In this document: positions 60,966 to 64,000 of the stretch, in pieces
Numbering within the stretch: the first letter of the stretch is position 1
Layout: every line of letters begins with the position of its first letter
NCBI GenBank assembly: GCA_020051075.1
Contig: JAGVJP010000120.1
Coordinates: forward strand, 1-64,000
Length of the DNA stretch: 64,000 nt
Direction of reading: 5' to 3'
Source: Parachlamydiales bacterium
Lineage (GTDB): Bacteria > Chlamydiota > Chlamydiia > Chlamydiales > Parachlamydiaceae
Position numbers and translations under genes: made by a program
The notes under the pieces: generated by a model
Databases searched by the model: none
The model's input: the letters and a program-made list of their open reading frames with translations, nothing else
What the model was told of the DNA's origin: nothing

Positions 60966-62203
60966 TATTTAGGCTTGTACATCTGCAACAGAAGGGCTGC
61001 ACGGTCTATTGTTTCTTTTCCATAAAATTCTCCTCCAAAAGAGAGCCTCGATTCAAGAGTCTTATGCCTCCATGACTCAGGCAATATGATGTATCCATGC
61101 GCATCGTTGGTCAGTCCAAAGATGGAGACGTGGGAATAACCCATTTTGGAGCCTAATGCTTTGAGGAAATGATCGTAGATGCAGCTCAATTCTCCAGGGA
61201 TCGTAATGAAAGCATGCAGCTGGTTAAAGATGAGAATGTTTATTTCACTAGAATAGTGCTGAAGAGGGAGGCGAAGTCCAAACGGGGTCTCTTGGGGCTG
61301 AAAGGAATAGGAGATTTTATCTGTGATCATTTCAAGATTCTCATCAACTTCTGTCGCATCCCAAATTTCCCTGATCGATGCCGCCAATTGCCTGCCAATC
61401 GCTTCACATGCAATCAAGCGGTCTTCTCCCGGAGAGATTTTTGGAATCACATCCCCTTGAGCCCCATTGAAATAGATGGGTTGCATCGTTGAACCTAACA
61501 ACGCTTGGAGTTCATTCCTGGCGTACCCGACAAAATCAGAGGAAAAGAGAGTATTACTGCTATCTAATGCTGTCGGATGAAGAGGATAATTAAAAAGAAG
61601 AGCTAGTGGTTCCCCGTCAAGCGTTGTCACCTTGATGATCGATACCTCAGACGAAGGGGGGATTTCAAGAGGCCAGAGGCCACGGTAGTGGCTTAAATTC
61701 GATGTTTTGCCATACCCGATGCCGATTTTAGCTTGCACTTGTGCTTGGCTTGCTTGAATAATGGCTTGAGCAGTTTGTTCTTCATAAAACCTGGTGATTT
61801 GGGGGTTATAAGGTCCCGCTAAGCTTTCGCCCATCACAGGGATATCTAAATGAGCGCCTCCTCCCGAATGGGTGTGAGAAGAGGCGATATAGATCTCACA
61901 ATCTTCAAGCCCTGGGTGGGAGTGAACGTGCCGATTGATGTTCTGCACCATTTCATAAGTAAACCCTAAATGGTCTACACTGCAGAGAATAATGTTTTTT
62001 TCGCCGTTGTTAATGAAAAGTGCAAGAGCAGCCAAAGGGTCGTGCGTCCCCTCCATCCCCTTTCCTTGACGTTCAGAATATCCCGCAGAGGGAGTTCCAG
62101 CTGGAGGTGTGATTTCAGTTTTTCCTATTCCTACATGAACGGACCCATTTACAAGGATAGGGGCAATGATGAAAAATAAGAACAAAAGCCGATGAAAGAT
62201 CAT
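60965..62203 (-). CDS. Neutral/alkaline ceramidase-family protein
   Basis: EITP..GY, SHTHSG, NYPLHPT, SSDFVG, GAQGD, PGE; signal peptide. Confidence 0.8.
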   Translation of the reverse strand: MIFHRLLFLFFIIAPILVNGSVHVGIGKTEITPPAGTPSAGYSERQGKGMEGTHDPLAALALFINNGEKNIILCSVDHLGFTYEMVQNINRHVHSHPGLEDCEIYIASSHTHSGGGAHLDIPVMGESLAGPYNPQITRFYEEQTAQAIIQASQAQVQAKIGIGYGKTSNLSHYRGLWPLEIPPSSEVSIIKVTTLDGEPLALLFNYPLHPTALDSSNTLFSSDFVGYARNELQALLGSTMQPIYFNGAQGDVIPKISPGEDRLIACEAIGRQLAASIREIWDATEVDENLEMITDKISYSFQPQETPFGLRLPLQHYSSEINILIFNQLHAFITIPGELSCIYDHFLKALGSKMGYSHVSIFGLTNDAHGYIILPESWRHKTLESRLSFGGEFYGKETIDRAALLLQMYKPK

Positions 62204-62304
62204 GTTGATTGAGACCTGTAAGCTAAGAATAAGAAGAATAGAATATAACGATTGTCAATAGGAGTCAACGGTTTGTGTGGGTAACATCTAAAGTTGGTAG
62301 GTGC

Positions 62305-62397
62305 AATTAAAACACAGAGACACAGAGAGCACAGAGAGAGACAATTGATTGTTCTCAATGTTTACCCTCTGTGTTCTCTGTGCCTCTGTGTTTCTAT
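62305..62397. repeat. CACAGAG-type inverted periodic element
   Basis: AAACACAGAGACACAGAGAGCACAGAG ... CTCTGTGTTCTCTGTGCCTCTGTGTTT. Confidence 0.92.
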
Positions 62398-62407
62398 CAT
62401 TAGGAAC

Positions 62408-62860
62408 TCACATAGGAATCCAGTTTTTGTCTCCCCCTATAGGCTTAAATAATTTACGGCGTGCTCTTTTGCTTTCTCGCACGTGATCTTTTTCTTTTTT
62501 TGTTTTGTCTTTGACCTGTTTGGCTGCTCGGGAGTAGGCCAATTTCAGCCTTCGTGCATCTGTTTCAATCGATTGAGACATCTTAAGCAGTTGCTTTGTC
62601 TTTGTGGGGATGTTAGGGTCATGAAGAGTTTCAGCAAGATTCTCCTGAGGAGATATTCCCATTTTTCTTAAAGCTTCTTCATCCATGGTTTGTATCATAT
62701 CAACAATTTCTTGCAGATCCTTCAATTCCTTTTCTATCTCAGGTGTGATATTAAAAGGACCTTTGTGATTTTTGAGTTTTTCCAATGACTCATGTAATTG
62801 AAGTAAAAGGGCTTCTGCATTCGAAGTGATTTTTCTTGGTTCATCTTGATTCATAAACAA
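62408..62860 (-). CDS. Hypothetical coiled-coil protein with basic C-terminus
   Basis: 150-aa ORF with GAGG RBS. Confidence 0.6.
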   Translation of the reverse strand: MFMNQDEPRKITSNAEALLLQLHESLEKLKNHKGPFNITPEIEKELKDLQEIVDMIQTMDEEALRKMGISPQENLAETLHDPNIPTKTKQLLKMSQSIETDARRLKLAYSRAAKQVKDKTKKEKDHVRESKRARRKLFKPIGGDKNWIPM

Positions 62861-62993
62861 CCTCTTAAGAAGTTAGTCCAGGGCATCTCCAACCTATACC
62901 TATTTATTATTTTAACAGGAATATCAATGTTTGGCTACTGCTCAGTTTTTGTTACTAACTATCTGAATATGAGTGATTAAAAAAAAACTGCTT

Positions 62994-63464
62994 TTACAGC
63001 TTCAAACGATTCTTCAGTAAATTGTAAGAGGGCAATCCTTCGAAGAAATCATACTCCTTCTTTTCTACTGAGTAATGCCCAGTATAAAGGGAGGTTTGAT
63101 TTGCTACCGTCAAGTAAAGCGCTCCCACAACTTGGTTATATCCGATGGCTTGTCTAAAGGTCTTTGCGTTGATAGGAACTGCTTTGCATTCGATCAAAAG
63201 TAAAGGATAGAGTGCGTGGTCAGGGTGGAGGTCTTTGGAGAAAACAATAAGATCAGCTCTCCTTCTTGGGAGCTGATCTTGTAAATGAGAGCTCAGATGG
63301 GGGAGGTTTGTTAAGCTCACTTCCAAGGCGAGATGGCTCTTTGGAAACTGAAGCTGTTCAACCATCTGGCGGATGAGATTCTGCCTGACTACTTCTTCCG
63401 GTAGTGCAGCAACCCATGATTGACGAAGAGGACAGTAGAGCAAATCAGCCACAAGTCGGCTCAA
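62994..63464 (-). CDS. HsdR N-terminal-like PD-(D/E)xK domain protein
   Basis: PEEVVRQ, RRADL, IECKA, Q..GYN. Confidence 0.8.
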   Translation of the reverse strand: MSRLVADLLYCPLRQSWVAALPEEVVRQNLIRQMVEQLQFPKSHLALEVSLTNLPHLSSHLQDQLPRRRADLIVFSKDLHPDHALYPLLLIECKAVPINAKTFRQAIGYNQVVGALYLTVANQTSLYTGHYSVEKKEYDFFEGLPSYNLLKNRLKL

Positions 63465-64000
63465 TCACACCGTAATTGCCATTATCACATCTGTATATCA
63501 CATTTAACTTTTGCGTTGCCTCATTTTTAAATAACAAGAAATGATCATTTGAGAGCTCCATTTTTACAACCGCTTCATCAAAGGTTAATGTTTTAAGAGG
63601 GAGTGTCTTTTGCTCAATGATTGTATGCGGTTTAAATGAAACTGTTGCATTTTCCATAGGAAGTGTTTCATCGAACTCTAATTCATCGATCTCGCTTGGC
63701 CGAATCACATTCACTTTCATGTCGATAAGAGCATGCTGTTTAGCATGGTGGTCTTGGATTTTTGATTTGTATCTTCTGAGTTGTGCTTCTAGCTTGTCAA
63801 CAGCCTGATCGATAGAGATGTACATATCGTTGGAGATGGCTTGGCTGGTAATTTTAAAATGCCCTACTTTTAGAATAATATCGACGCGATGCTGCAATTT
63901 TTGGATATCCATGATCACGCCGACATCGATAATCCGATTGATGAATCGTTCAATCTTAGATACTTTTTCCATAGCATAATCTTTCATCGAATCTGTAACT
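63445..64000 (-). CDS. hpf: Ribosome hibernation promoting factor (long HPF/RaiA), 5' end outside window
   Basis: DMYISIDQAVDKLEAQLRRYK, C-terminal VIYR...YGVIEP. Confidence 0.9.
   Translation of the reverse strand, partial: VTDSMKDYAMEKVSKIERFINRIIDVGVIMDIQKLQHRVDIILKVGHFKITSQAISNDMYISIDQAVDKLEAQLRRYKSKIQDHHAKQHALIDMKVNVIRPSEIDELEFDETLPMENATVSFKPHTIIEQKTLPLKTLTFDEAVVKMELSNDHFLLFKNEATQKLNVIYRCDNGNYGVIEPTCG

Noticed and set aside
62994..63464. Type I restriction-modification system
   Set aside because: Only a stand-alone HsdR N-terminal-like domain; no hsdM, hsdS or helicase adjacent

Overview
Chromosomal window from an environmental member of Chlamydiota (Parachlamydiales-like). This is inferred from chlamydia-type gene orders: ihfA/LD-transpeptidase/accA/msbA/dnaQ/Mcsc-like, glgX/slc1-like/ssb/pepA and pepF/groES/groEL. 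The backbone is mostly housekeeping genes (DAHP synthase, groESL, tyrS, accA, fabI, asd, dxr, a bioB-F-D-A operon ending in a ferritin-like gene). It is interrupted by small accessory inserts: three toxin-antitoxin modules, a repeat protein, a TPR protein, a glycosyltransferase and a sulfotransferase-like gene. The most striking non-coding signal is a set of dispersed intergenic elements. They differ in sequence but share one architecture: a TTAAC/TTGAC/TTTAC-like head followed by about 9-nt periodic purine-rich units, often in inverted pairs. They sit at gene 3' ends, supply stop codons and C-terminal tails, and lie beside all three TA modules. Other highlights are a 133-bp queC 3'-end duplication with almost only synonymous differences bracketing a TA module, a 166-bp near-perfect palindrome, a long structured leader before the T3SS chaperone gene, and single-base frameshifts in bioD and in a hypothetical gene. 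No rRNA, tRNA, CRISPR array, integrase or transposase was recognised. All assignments come from reading motifs by eye, without database searches.
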